From contig NW_003314309.1 in NCBI RefSeq assembly GCF_000143415.4, positions 613,459 through 677,458 on the forward strand: 64,000 nucleotides of DNA. The letters are read 5' to 3'. The translations under genes and the position numbers were made by a program. A model generated the notes under the pieces. It was given only the letters and a program-made list of their open reading frames with translations, was not told the DNA's origin and made no database searches. Origin of the DNA: Selaginella moellendorffii (lineage: Eukaryota > Plantae > Lycopodiophyta). Of this stretch, positions 47,123-59,445 are shown in pieces. Positions within the stretch are counted from its first letter, which is position 1; every line of letters begins with the position of its first letter.

Positions 47123-50100
47123 TCACACCACCACACTCGCAATCTCGGCTACCACCTTGTCCGCCTTGAAAAAGTCCTGGAGGGCCAGCATCTCCACGGG
47201 ACACTCCTTCAAGCTCTTCACCGCCTGGAGATTCGCCAGTCCACCCGCGATGGTGGTGACGATTGGAACCTTGTACGCCAGCGCCGATCTCCTCAGCTGC
47301 CTCCCATCCTTCTCGTCCAGAGCGTCACCCGAGCTCGTGATGATCATCAGCTGGATCTGTCCATTCGCCACCAGATCGCCCGCGTGAGGCCTCCCTTCGT
47401 GCAGCTTCAGCACTCGCTCCACCGGGATCCCCTGCTCCTCGAGAAACTTTGCGGTGCCGCTCGTCGACACGATGTTGAATCCCAGCGCGTGGAAGCCTCG
47501 CGCGATTGGGACCGCCTGGGCCTTGGTCTGGTCGTTCAAGCTGATGAACACCGTGCCTTGCAGCGGGAGCTTCTGGTTGGCGGCGATCTGCGACTTTCCA
47601 AATGCCTTGTCGAAGCTGTAGTCGATTCCCATGACTTCACCCGTGCTTCTCATCTCCGGGCCGAGTAGAACGTCGCAGCCCTGGAACTTGTCGAAGGGAA
47701 GCACCGCCTCTTTCACGGAGACGTGCGCCGGTATCACTTCCTGGCTGAAGCCGAGATCGCCCAAGCTCTTCCCGGACATGACCAGAGCAGCGTACTTGGC
47801 CAGCGGATGTCCAATCGCCTTGGAAACGAACGGCACGGTTCGTGACGCTCGTGGATTCGCCTCGATGATGTAAACTTCTCCAGACTGCGTGATGGCAAAC
47901 TGGCAGTTCATCAGCCCGCAAACGTTGAGCTTCTTGGCAAGCTTGGTGGTAGCGTCTCGTATCGTCGCTAAAGCAACCGCTGGAATGGTTTGCGTCGGAA
48001 TCGAGCAAGCAGAGTCCCCGGAATGGACTCCAGCCTGCTCGATGTGCTCCATGATCCCTCCTATAACCACGCCCCCGTTTCCATCCGCCAGGCAGTCCAC
48101 ATCGATCTCGGAGGAGTCTGTGAGATACTTGTCCACCAGCACTGGTCTGCCCGGATCGACTTCGACCGCAGTCTCCAGGTACTTCTTGAGCTTGTCGTTG
48201 CTGTAAACGATCTCCATGGCCCGTCCACCAAGAACATAGGATGGACGCACAACGACCGGGAAGCCAACTCTCTTTGCAATAGCCAGTGCGTCTTCTTCAC
48301 TACGAGCGATGCCACCCGGAGGCTGCTTGATCCCGAGCTGGTTTAGTATGCTCTCGAACCTCTTCCTGTCCTCGGACGCGTCAATAGAATCTGGAGACGT
48401 CCCCCATATCTTCACGTAGCCGTCACCACTGGCTGACAACGGTTTGAAGTCGTCCAGATAGTTCTGTATAGGCACGGCCAGCTTCAGAGGCGTCTGTCCA
48501 CCAAACTGGACAATAATTCCGTCCGGCTTCTCCAGATCAATGATATTTAGCACGTCCTCTGTTGTTAGTGGTTCGAAATACAGACGATCGCTCGTATCGT
48601 AGTCCGTTGACACGGTTTCCGGATTTGAGTTCATCATTATTGTCTCGAATCCCGCTTCCTGGAACCGATACAAGGTAAGAAGAAAATAGAAAAAAGGAAG
48701 AGCTCATACATACCCGGAGCACAAAGGACGCATGGCAGCAGCAGTAGTCGAATTCAATGCCTTGTCCGATGCGATTGGGACCGCCGCCAAGGATCAATAC
48801 CTTTCTCTTGCTGCCCGAGTTAGCCTCGCACTCATCGTCGTAGGATGAGTACATGTAAGGTGTCTTGGCTTCGAACTCTGCAGCACAAGTGTCCACACGC
48901 TTAAATGCTGGCACCACCCCGAGAGCGATCCTATGAGCTCGAACCTCCGCTTCGGCGCTTTTGGTCGCATAAGCAACTTGTCTATCGCTGAAACCCCGTC
49001 GCTTAATCTCGTACATGTCGTCCTTACTCAGCTCTGTCAGTTTTGTGTTGGACAGAAACTCCTCCACCCCAAACAACTCCTTGAGCTCTCCTAGGAACCA
49101 CGGATCGATAAAAGTGAGCTCGTGAATTTCTTCCGCGCTCATTCCCCTCTTCATAGCTGCGTAGACGGCATACATCCTGTCCGGGTTGGGTACTCGCAAC
49201 TTATACTTCAGCTCCTCAATATCCCACTTGAGCTCTTTGCTATCTTCGCAACCCCATCCCGAGTGACCGGTTTCTAGAGAACGCACGGCTTTCTGGAACG
49301 ATTCCTGGAATGTCCGCCCAATCGCCATGGCCTCACCAACAGACTTCATTTGAGTGGTAAGTATGGCCTGGGAGCCCGGAAACTTTTCAAAAGCGAAACG
49401 TGGAATCTGCACACATACAAAGAAAACGAAAGTGTTTTAAAAGAAGCAGGAGAAAAAAAAAGCGCAAAAAAAGCTGACCTTTGTCACCACGTAGTCAATG
49501 GATGGCTCAAAACTAGCAGGCGTCTTCCTGGTGATGTCGTTGGGAATCTGGTCCAGAGTGTAGCCCACCGACAGCTTGGCTGCCATTTTAGCGATAGGAA
49601 AACCAGTTGCCTTTGAAGCCAGAGCAGACGACCTCGAGACACGGGGATTCATCTCGATAACCATCACCTCTCCATCCTCGGGATTTATAGCAAACTGCAC
49701 GTTGGAGCCACCGCATTCAACTCCAATCTCTCGGATGATTGCTATAGCCTGGTCCCGCAGCCTCTGATACTCTTTATCTGTCAATGTCTGCGCTGGCGCT
49801 ACAGTGATGGAGTCCCCAGTGTGAACACCCATGGGATCGATGTTCTCGATCGAGCAGATGATGACAACGTTGTCAGCGAGGTCCCTCATCACTTCTAGTT
49901 CGTATTCCTTCCAGCCCAGCAAGGACTTCTCAACCAAGACCTGCGAAGTGATGCTTGCGGTCAACCCAGCCTTACAGATAGTTTCGAGCTCCTCCCTGTT
50001 GTACGCAATCCCTCCCCCAGTGCCTCCAAGAGTAAACGCAGGGCGGATGATCAAAGGAAACTCTCCAATCGTCTCGGCTATCTGGAAGCACTCCTCCAGA

Positions 50101-50834
50101 GTGGTGGCGATACCCGAAGGTGGCGTCTTCACTCCAATCTTCTGCATGGCTTGCCGGAAGAGATCCCTGTCCTCGGCCTTTTTGATCGCATCGAGCTTGG
50201 CACCGATGAGCTCCACTCCATACTTGTCCAGAGCTCCACTCTCCGCCAGAGCAACAGCCAGATTCAAAGCCGTCTGTCCGCCCATCGTCGGCAAGACCGC
50301 ATCCGGCCTCTCCTTCGCGATGACTTGCTCCACGAGCTCCGGAGTCATGGGAGCGATGTAAGTCCGGTCCGCGAGATCCGGATCCGTCATGATCGTAGCA
50401 GGGTTGGAGTTGATAAGCACCACTTCGTAGCCTTCTTCTTTCAAGGCCTTGCATGCCTGAGTCCCAGAGTAGTCAAACTCGCAAGCCTGACCAATGACAA
50501 TGGGACCAGCGCCAAGGATGAGAATCTTCTTGAGGTCTGTCCTCTTCTTCCCCTTGCAAACATTGCCTTTCTTGGACCATTCGATGAATGGGAGTGACTC
50601 GACCTCCTGTTCCACAGACCGGGCCTCCCATTTCTTCCTCGCGTGGCGATACTGCGATGGATTCCAATGCCAGGCGCCGCTACCGCTGGCTCTCACAGCA
50701 AGCCCTCTGTGCGATCGACGGCTATTCCAATCCCTACACCCCGCCGCTGCGTGCTTGAGCCGATTCTCGGTGAAATCCGAGAATGCAGGCGCATCGATAC
50801 CTCGAAATCTCGGAGCTAGCATCTCCGCCGCCAT
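47123..50834 (-). CDS. carB: Carbamoyl-phosphate synthase large chain, plastid; introns ~48659-48713 and ~49407-49478
   Basis: Transit peptide, [23 protein letters not shown], two ATP-grasp halves ([21 protein letters not shown]), MGS-like C-terminus. Confidence 0.97.
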
Positions 50835-51055
50835 AGATTCCAGCTCCACAGCGCGCTTACCTCGGATCGCACGACGCCGTGCAGCTCTTCGCTACCGGGC
50901 ACAGCACATTGCTTTTCTAGGGCTTTAGATAAGCCGTATGCGAATATTCACCATTGCATGAAAGGGAGGGGAATATGCTTATTTATCTTTTGGAAAGGGC
51001 GCGCATGCCCTAGATCCTATTTTGTGATTGTCGAGTAGGGTTTGGTGTCTCCGTC

Positions 51056-52092
51056 ATGGATTTCTTTGAGCGATCGTCTTCCTGGAACTACGGCGCGATG
51101 AAGAATTTCCATCGCATCTCGGAGCCAGTCAAGCGCCATGTCCGCCAGGTAGGAATTCCCCTCTGTTCTTGCTGGAAATTGTTGAATCGATCGATCTTTC
51201 TTGCGTAGGTTTACTGGACTGTGGCGATGGCGCTCATCGTGTCGGCCGTGGGTGTCTATGCCCATATGCTGCTCAATATCGGTGGATTACTCACCACGTT
51301 TGGCTTCTTGGGGTGTAGTTTTGCCCTCATGAACACGTCCTCGAGCTACGCGGCACAGGTTAGACAAGGATCCTGGAGCTCAAATCGTTTTACTTTTATG
51401 CTGATCGATGCTTCTCAGGGGAAAAGATGGAATTGGCTGATGGCAGCAGCGTTTTGCGAGGGAGCATCCCTTGGAAACTTCGTCGGGGCCGTGATTGAAT
51501 TTGATCCCAGGTAGGCCCAAAAATCCCTCTTTTCCTTTTGTCTTCGAGATTCATGGTTGGATTTCTCTCGCAGCATCCTTGTGACGGCTTTTGTGGCCAC
51601 AGTGGCTGTTTTCGCATCGTTCTCTGGTGCCGCTCTCCTTGCTAAGCGACGGGAGTTCATGTTCTTGGGTGGAATTCTCGCGTCCGCCACATCGTCCATG
51701 CTCACGCTACACGTCCTCTCGAGCTTCTTTGGTGGAGCCGCTCTCATGTTCGAAGTAGAGGTAAACACTCCTTGTCAATCGATTGCCTCGACTGATTCAT
51801 GCTCTCTTTCGCAGCTGTATGGTGGCCTTCTACTCGTCGTTGGCTACGTGATCTTCGACACACAACTTATCATCGAGAGAGCTGAGAGGGGTGACATGGA
51901 TCACATCAAACACGCACTGGATCTGTTCGTGGACTTCGTTGGCATTTTCGTTCGCGTTCTCTACATCTTGGTAAGCGTCCACACTCGTTTCCATTGGACC
52001 TAAAACTCTTTGTGGCGCAGACTCGCAAGGCGGCCGAGAGGGAATCCAGGGAAAAACGCCGGAACAGGCAGAGACACAGCTCAAGGTACTAG
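51056..52092 (+). CDS. BI-1: Bax inhibitor-1 family protein, multi-exon
   Basis: MKNFHRISEPVKRHVRQVY, FSGAALLAKRREFMFLGG, YVIFDTQLIIERAERGDMDHIKHALDLFVDFV, basic C-tail. Confidence 0.93.
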
Positions 52093-52209
52093 AGAGATCA
52101 AGGTACTAGAAAGAATGGACACTACTGAAAATCCGGTACCTTGACATGAAGCGTTTCACATAAATTGCTAGAAACTTTGCTTTTATCGTCGTATCAATCA
52201 ATCGCATTT

Positions 52210-53407
52210 CTAGTTCTTGGCCAGGAGCTTGTTGACATAATCCTGGTGCCCGTTGGCGATGGCTGCTTTGCGGCCATCTCTACTGTCCCAAGAGGGCTCC
52301 ATGAGATTGATTCTATCGGTTGTCTTTTTGTCGGCGGAGTGGAGCGTGGCTTCCAGGATGAGCAAATCCCACTGCGCGGGCCCAATGATGTTGTAAGCCA
52401 AAGAACTGATGCTGTTCCCTGGAAAGAAATGAGAGAGTACCGTCAAAACTGCGAGACTTTTTTAAAAAACCAAGCATCGCGAGCATGAAGTAGCATCAAG
52501 CAAGCATGGAAGACGAAGAGTAGATCAACTCACACACACGAAAGCTATCAAATTTTATCAAAGATCCGAACACTGTCAGGAAAAGAGATCCTAAAATCCC
52601 GAGAGAAAAAGAAGTTCTCACGCAGCAAAACTGCGAAAAGAAATCACGAACATGAAGTAGGATTCATGGAAGAAGAAGAGTAGATAAAAAATCCTCGAGC
52701 AAACTATGATCTCGAGAAAGCTATCGAGTTTTAGCATCAAAGCAAAAGAGATTCTAGACAATCAAATCACAAGTTTACAAGGACAAGAAGATCTAGAAAA
52801 TTCGAGCGCAACAAAGAAATCAAGGCACGAATCGCGGCCAAGAGATACTTACCTTCACGAACAGCTCTCAACTTGACGCTGCCAAGCGATCCATGATCGC
52901 CATATACTGGAAATGTGCACGACACGGCCTGTTTTTGAAGGGCGGAGCCAAGCGAGGCCTCATACCACGAGCCTTGCTTGAATCCCTCGCCAAGGAAGCT
53001 CTTCATCCGTGGATCTTCCGCCGCTACTTCCATTGCCTTGCTACACAGGGAACACACACAAAGATCTCAGCCAAGAAAGAGAAAAGGAAGAGAGGAATTC
53101 CCATTCCTCCAAAAAACCTGCTGCATTTCTTGTAGATGAGAACATCGTCGAGAATGCTGAAAGCCAGCGCTGCGGTAGCGCCATAGATGAGAACCCCGCC
53201 TCCAATCCACGCGATTTGCTCCACTCTGCTGCTATCTCTCTCGCCGGGAGCCCTAGATAGAACAACGAGGCGATCGATGGATCGGTCGATCGGGCGCAAT
53301 GCGGCGACGAGCTACAGAGATTCTTACCGGGCGGCGGTGGAGGACATCGATCGGCAGCGGCATGGCGATCGGCCAAGCGCGCCGCGCCAGAGATTCACTC
53401 GTCTCAT
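52210..53407 (-). CDS. Mitochondrial Coa1/Tim21-like cytochrome c oxidase assembly protein
   Basis: Inferred Arg-rich presequence MRRVNLWRGALGRS..., single TM, then KAMEVAAEDPRMKSFLGEGFKQGSWYEASL..VSCTFPVYG..VKLRAVR and WDLLILEA. Confidence 0.65.
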
Positions 53408-53545
53408 TCTTTCTTAAAGCCCTAACAAATTCTCTGTCCAACAAAACACTATAGTTTTCTTTGTTACATTTTATAAGAGGCTCTTTTTGCCTTTCCTGTT
53501 CCTCGCTTGGAGAGCTATACGACAATTAAAAACACTGTGAGAAGG

Positions 53546-55974
53546 ATCAAACTGAACGAGATCCCCGGAAGGACAAAAGAAAAGAAAAACAAAAAAAAAA
53601 GAGAAAAGATCTAATCGAACAAACCTGTTGGTGGTACTTGGTTCGCATTTTCATCGCTGCTCGAACGCACGAGCGCACTTGGATCTTGAGCTGGATCTCG
53701 TTAAACATCTAGCACGGGGAAGAAAACCATCAAACGATTGTCAAGAGGAAAGAGTTTGAGCAGCATTGTCACCTTGATCACGTCATCCATGGAGCGTGCT
53801 TCCTTGAGGAACTTCTCGCGGTTGATAACAACGATGGCAGCGACCACAAACACGGAGATCTCACTGTCCCCGTTCCTCCCAAAGCTCATCCCGGAGCGTA
53901 TCCTGTGACGGCCAAAGTTTGGCCACGAAGTTACGAGCCCGCAGAGCGGACTCTTGGATTCGTAGGTGATCTTGCTGCTCTGCGAGAGTGGATCCTCCGA
54001 GGCTGGCAGGGGACTTGTGAACGGCGAGATTTTCGTCCAGTAGTAGTCCATGCAGTCGTCTTCCTGGATCCTTTCCAGCAGTGATCTTGACGGTGGCTTG
54101 ATTTGGAGAGGTTCTAGAGGCTCGCTCTCAAATGACCATAGCATGGCATGGTCGAAATCAGCAGCCCACATCATCTGAAGGAAAAAAAGAAAAAAGAAAG
54201 ACTTGAGATGGACTCTTAAAAAGTGTTCGCAGTCAACGTACCTCCCACATGCAAAGCGTTTCTTCGAAAGAAAGCTCACGTCGAAAATGAAGCAGCAGCA
54301 TACGGAAGGCAAATAGAAAATTGTCTGCCCCGATAAGAGTCAAATGCCGGAAGACGCGTGCGTCGATCAGCTCTAAGATTTTGGGCAGGGCTTCTAGTTG
54401 CCGCATCACACCCGTTGGCCCCTCCATTTGGAAGTTTTGTCGCTGTCAATTTCTAGATTAGCTTAACTTGTTAAGAAAAACAAGCAAACCATACCATTCT
54501 CCTCAGGAGGCTCTCAAAGCACCAAAACGCGTCTGCATCATCCTCGAAGAGAATCACAAAAGGTGAGAGCAAGTCGCTCATTCCTGAAAGAAAACTTGGA
54601 AATTAAGCTACGTGAAAGCTATCAGAACGGCAGATATGAGAAAATGCACCTTGGCAGTAGCCAGTTTCAGGATCAATCCACGCGTAGATGGCCAGGATAT
54701 CAGACATGCGCGCCATGTTTCTCGAGTCATCGTAGAACTCCAAGTGGCGATCAGTTCTCACGACGTCGATCACTGCAAGACCATCACATGAAGTGACTCT
54801 TGTGTGGAAGAGGAAGTGGTCACTTACAAACAGACTGGATTCGTGGCTTCACCTATTTTATGCAACGTCCACAGCCACTCCGCGGTGCGCTCTTCGGTGG
54901 CAGCAGCCCTTTGAAATGGAACTGAATTTGGTGATAGCATCCCAGCAGGCCCACCAGAGATGTTCCTTCCTGTATCCAGAGCTCTCTTCACCCTGCTGAA
55001 GTTTTCATGTCTGTCCCTGTTGGTCCAAATCCTTGTGGAGCTTCTCCCAACCTCTATCGGACTCTGATGGAAAAACTTGAAATGCAAAACGTTTGGACTG
55101 TTGGGACCAATACGGCCGGGAGAGTGATCCGAGTTAGAAGGTTCGTTGTCAGCGTGGAGCAGCAGTGTCTTGAGTGGCAGGCCTCCAGCTTTTGACCCGG
55201 CGTTCATCTCGTAAGACTCCATACCAGTTCCTGAACTGAGCGACGCATCGGCACTGGTGCTGTTTCCTTTTGTCTCGTAATGCGTAGAGTCTACAGTGAT
55301 CTGCTCAGGAGCACCTTGCCTTGATGTCCGAGCATCCATGATCTTGGATCCAACATTGTAGGCGAGAGTTCCTGTCCCGATACTGACATGCATCGTCCGG
55401 CATTTCTCGATCAACTCCTTGTATCGTTTCCTACAGATCGCACTTCTTAAGAACTTTCCATTCACGAAAAAACACTAACATGAACGAACCTGCGTGCGAT
55501 ACGAGTTTCCATACGGTGATCCCATGTCGTTCCCACACCATAAGATCCCAGCAAAAACTCCCAGACTTCGCATCTGATCGAATTATCCACTCCCTGCTTT
55601 GACACCAAGCATCAATTTCCAGCATTTATTTGCTAGATTATCATCAAAGAGCTTACCCCCAATCTAATGAGCTTCAAAACTTTGGAGAAGCCAACGACCT
55701 TTCCATCCTTGTCGAACGCCGATTTCCATCTCTCCGGCTTCAAACGCTGCGATGCCTGTCTCTCCTACAAGCAAGCAACAAAGAAAAAAATTCCAAAAAC
55801 TCCTCGCAACACTCAAAGAAATATCTCGACCTGAGCTCGCGCGCGAGCGTTCTTGCCACTCCCCAGAGATTCCGAGCCATTTCTACTCTCATCCCGGTGT
55901 GCGCCTCCAATCCGGCCGAAGGCGCGCATAATTTCTCACCGATCCAGCAAAATGCCGCCAGAGCTCTCGCTCAT
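53546..55974 (-). CDS. Rab-GAP TBC domain protein (GYP7/TBC1D15-like), multi-exon; both ends approximate
   Basis: IRSDAKS-type WEFLLG exon, WLWTLHKI..DVVRTD, GYCQGMSDLLSPF, DAFWCF, FAFRMLLLHFRRELSFEETLCMWE. Confidence 0.88.
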
Positions 55975-56331
55975 TGGAAGAAATCCGCTATTAGCGCTTG
56001 CGATCGCCGCAACGCACCGCTCCAAGGACGCTCAAAAGCCCTAGGGAGCTTCCCATGCTTTCAGCCGGCAGACGCATTCTCTACACATTATATAAACTTT
56101 GGCAATAGTTTGGAATCGAACCCGTGACCGCCCCATGTGAAGCTAAAGGCGCGTGTAAGACAAAAGCATCGAAGGATCACATGTCTCACCACTAAACAAA
56201 CGTTTGTGATTATGGCGTTTTGCGCAAGCTTGGATATAAAATTTTTCCTTTCTAAAACATCGCTCACTCAGATTGTACAAGAAGAAAATGTAAATCGTTG
56301 TCAATGGTTTGTGTTTCTTTGTTTTTGCCAC

Positions 56332-58395
56332 CTATCTATGCCTGGAAAGTTTGAGCAAAGTTACACACAAGAGTCTAAAGCTGCGAGCACAAACTTGCCT
56401 TTTTTTCTTGGGGCTTGCCGAGCTCGATCTGGACGGAAATGTTGGCTTTGGATAGATCCAGTCCACTGCTGTGCAATGCGCTTGTGAGAGCTTCGAGCAG
56501 CCTATAAAAACATGGAAAGATCGATATAAAAGTCACCAAGAAAGCAAAAGAAAACGAGCGAGCGAGCTCGGAGTTTCTTACCCCTGAGAATACGCGGTCG
56601 ACAAACTGATTAGTCCCTGCTTGATGGGAAGCTCGTTGCTAGACCCTTGTTGCTGTTGCGCTGTTGCCGTTTCCACAGGAGTGGATTGTCTCGAGGCATC
56701 GTTTGCTTGTCGCTGTGACTCGGAAGACCTTTCTCCTGTTTTGTCTCTCGTGGTTGTCGCGTCTAAGTTCTCCACAGCCGGTGTGCTCGTAGAAGCTAAC
56801 GGAGACATGGCTGGTCGTGATGGAGCTTGGGCAACTTGTCTTCCCATAGCTCGACTAGTCGTTGCTCCAAAGGATCTAGATTTCCCGTCCTCGAGCAACG
56901 CACACTTATCCCTGCTACTGTCGGGGACTTCTTTCAAGCTTGTGCTCTGGAAACAAAATAAAAAATTATGGAGGTTACAAACGTCACAAGATCAAAGCAA
57001 AGGTCCACCGTACCGACTTAACATCCCATGGCACAGGCTTCAACCTCTCCTGATATCTTCCTTTCTCCGACGCCTCAAACTTCTTTACTCTTTCTTGCAA
57101 AGACTGTACGTACTCTATCACCTGCGCGAGGAGTTTGGTACATCTAACGCATATAAAAAAAAGGTTTGAAAGGGAACCGCTACCTCCAACAGAAAAGAGG
57201 CCTTGTCCCTCTTTTGATCTCCGTGGGGCAGCAAATCGCGAAGCATTTGAAACCTGAAAAACCAGCTCCACTTGTCAGGGACGTAACTTACACAAAGTGA
57301 GTGCTTCTCAACCTGTCATTTATTTTGCTGCGTCGCCTTTGCTCGGTGGCAGAGTGCTTGGACCTGGATGTGTTGCTTTTCACGTCGATGCTCCTGGAAT
57401 TTATATCTTCTGCCGAACAGACAAGGATGTAGAAAACTGAGAAAAGTTTGCTCAAAAACGTACCCCTGCTCGCTGCCTCTCCCCTGTGAATCTTTTTCCT
57501 TTCCTCGCTATCGTTGTCGTCGCCCTCCGATTGAGCGGACCTGGGTCGTTTGTTTGCGCTGCTCACATGGCCCTGCTGCCAGTGCCTAGTTATAAAACAC
57601 TCTACATGAATGCCACGCTTATAGAGCTGTCAATCCTTTGTTTAGTACCTGCTTACACCCACGGCTCCGTGGTGGTTCGCTTCCAATCCATTTTTTGGGA
57701 ACAGCGGATGCGGATGATCGATAAATCCATACTGCATTTGGAGATGCATTCGTGATGAACAGCTTTCTTGGGATCAAACGAAAAACAAGTTAAAACAAGG
57801 CAAGACAATCGAGGATGGATATATAATGGATTATAGTACCTTTGGCAGGAGAAGAATCAAGAACCACTTGCTCGTTTCGTTCGCTCCTGGAAGACAGCTG
57901 AAGTGGGATGTCACCATTCGCAACTGGTGCTGGGACCTTGGCAGCTACATTTCCGTTTGCTCCTCTTTCTAACGGCTGTAGAAAGTCTTGCGTTGCGAGA
58001 GAACCAAATGCCCCTGTAGAGAAAAGAATAGCCAGTCTTGTTCCAATCAATGAAACTTACTGCCATACCTCTACTGGGACCTTGCTCATAAGCTGGCACT
58101 TGCAAAAACCGTGGAGAGGGAGCCGGAGCAATCTTCTTGCAGGAATCCGGGGCAAATCCACCGGGGGCACCTTCAAAACGAGAAAATTCATCCAGCGCCA
58201 AAGAACAAGAAGTCGGAGGGAGGAAATTTCCTCACCTTGTGGCTGCCTGAGCCTCCCGAATTGCTCGTAACCTAATCCAAACTCCGTCGCGTAAGAGGAT
58301 CCCGCGGCCGCGGCCATGATCGCTGGAGGCGCCGGCAAATCCAGCTCCTTCTTCACAATCTCGATCGCGCCGGCGGCTCCCGGAGCTTGTGACAT
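56332..58395 (-). CDS. bHLH transcription factor, BIM (BES1-interacting Myc-like) type; 3' end approximate
   Basis: TQDFLQPLE motif, [37 protein letters not shown]-terminal [26 protein letters not shown]. Confidence 0.9.
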
Positions 58396-59445
58396 CACAT
58401 TTCTCGAAATCTAGGCGCGGAATCGATCAGATCTTGCGCCTAGCCCCTCCAATTCGCTCGCGATCCCGCTCAAAGCCTGCCATGGCCGCGTGCGAAATTA
58501 GGGCAATGCGGCAATCGTGAGAGAGCGCAACAAGAAGAAGAGCACCGCATCTTGCTTGGCGCTGGTGCTGACAGGCGAGCCATGTGCACGAGGGGTGGCC
58601 CTCGCTTATCAGCGCACGCAAACGCTAATACGCCGGATTAACAATGGCGCTTGTACGGCATCCTGTGGCTGGCACACGGGTGTGAAAGTGGCCACGTGGG
58701 CGGGGGCGTGACTGTCTGACGTGCGCCGTACAAAGCGCGCGCCCGTCCTATGGACCGACCACTTCGCGTGAGGCACGTGCTGCTGACTCGACAATGTGGT
58801 GGCCATTGGGCCCAGCTTTTTGGGCCGGTCCCTCTTCATGCTCAAATTCACCCTTTTTACCGTGGCAAATGTAAGTAATTCGTGGACCGCCACTATGCTG
58901 CCACCACTTTTTACTGTTTTTACATGCCAAAGCTACATGGAGTTTGGTGGGCGGGCTGGCATAAGCTGGGCCAGGCCAGCGTCGTACACTGACACCGTAC
59001 ACATATGGCCAGGCACCCGCGTCATGTGACCCGTCACGCGCGCCGGCTTTGCGGAACCGCCGCGCGATCGTGGCCGCCCTTTCAGCGAACATGTGACACG
59101 GACGGATATACCACTGGCTCTTTTCAAAAAAGCTGTGCGTGGTCCCAATGGGGGGAGGCTACATTCTTTCTGGGACATTGATGGCAGGCAGCGTCTCCTC
59201 GTTAAAATAAAGGAGAGGTCTCCTGTGCGAGCGACGTGGAGAGCTTACGCACACGAAATGGAGAAATTTCACGGCAAGGGCGAAAGAAGCTAAACAATAT
59301 GATTTTTCCCATACCATATGTGGGCTTATCACTGTTGTACTACAGAGCTGCTCCTACAAAACTGGATTATTTTTTTTCAAGGGTCCTTATTCAATGAATA
59401 ACTTGACCAATTCGTACTGTACACATTCACTTTGCTCGTTTCGCG

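Noticed and set aside
56105-56160. Minus-strand GGTCACGGGTTCGATTCC resembling a tRNA 3' half
   Set aside because: The T-stem and acceptor stem cannot be paired and there is no D-arm; at most a degenerate remnant
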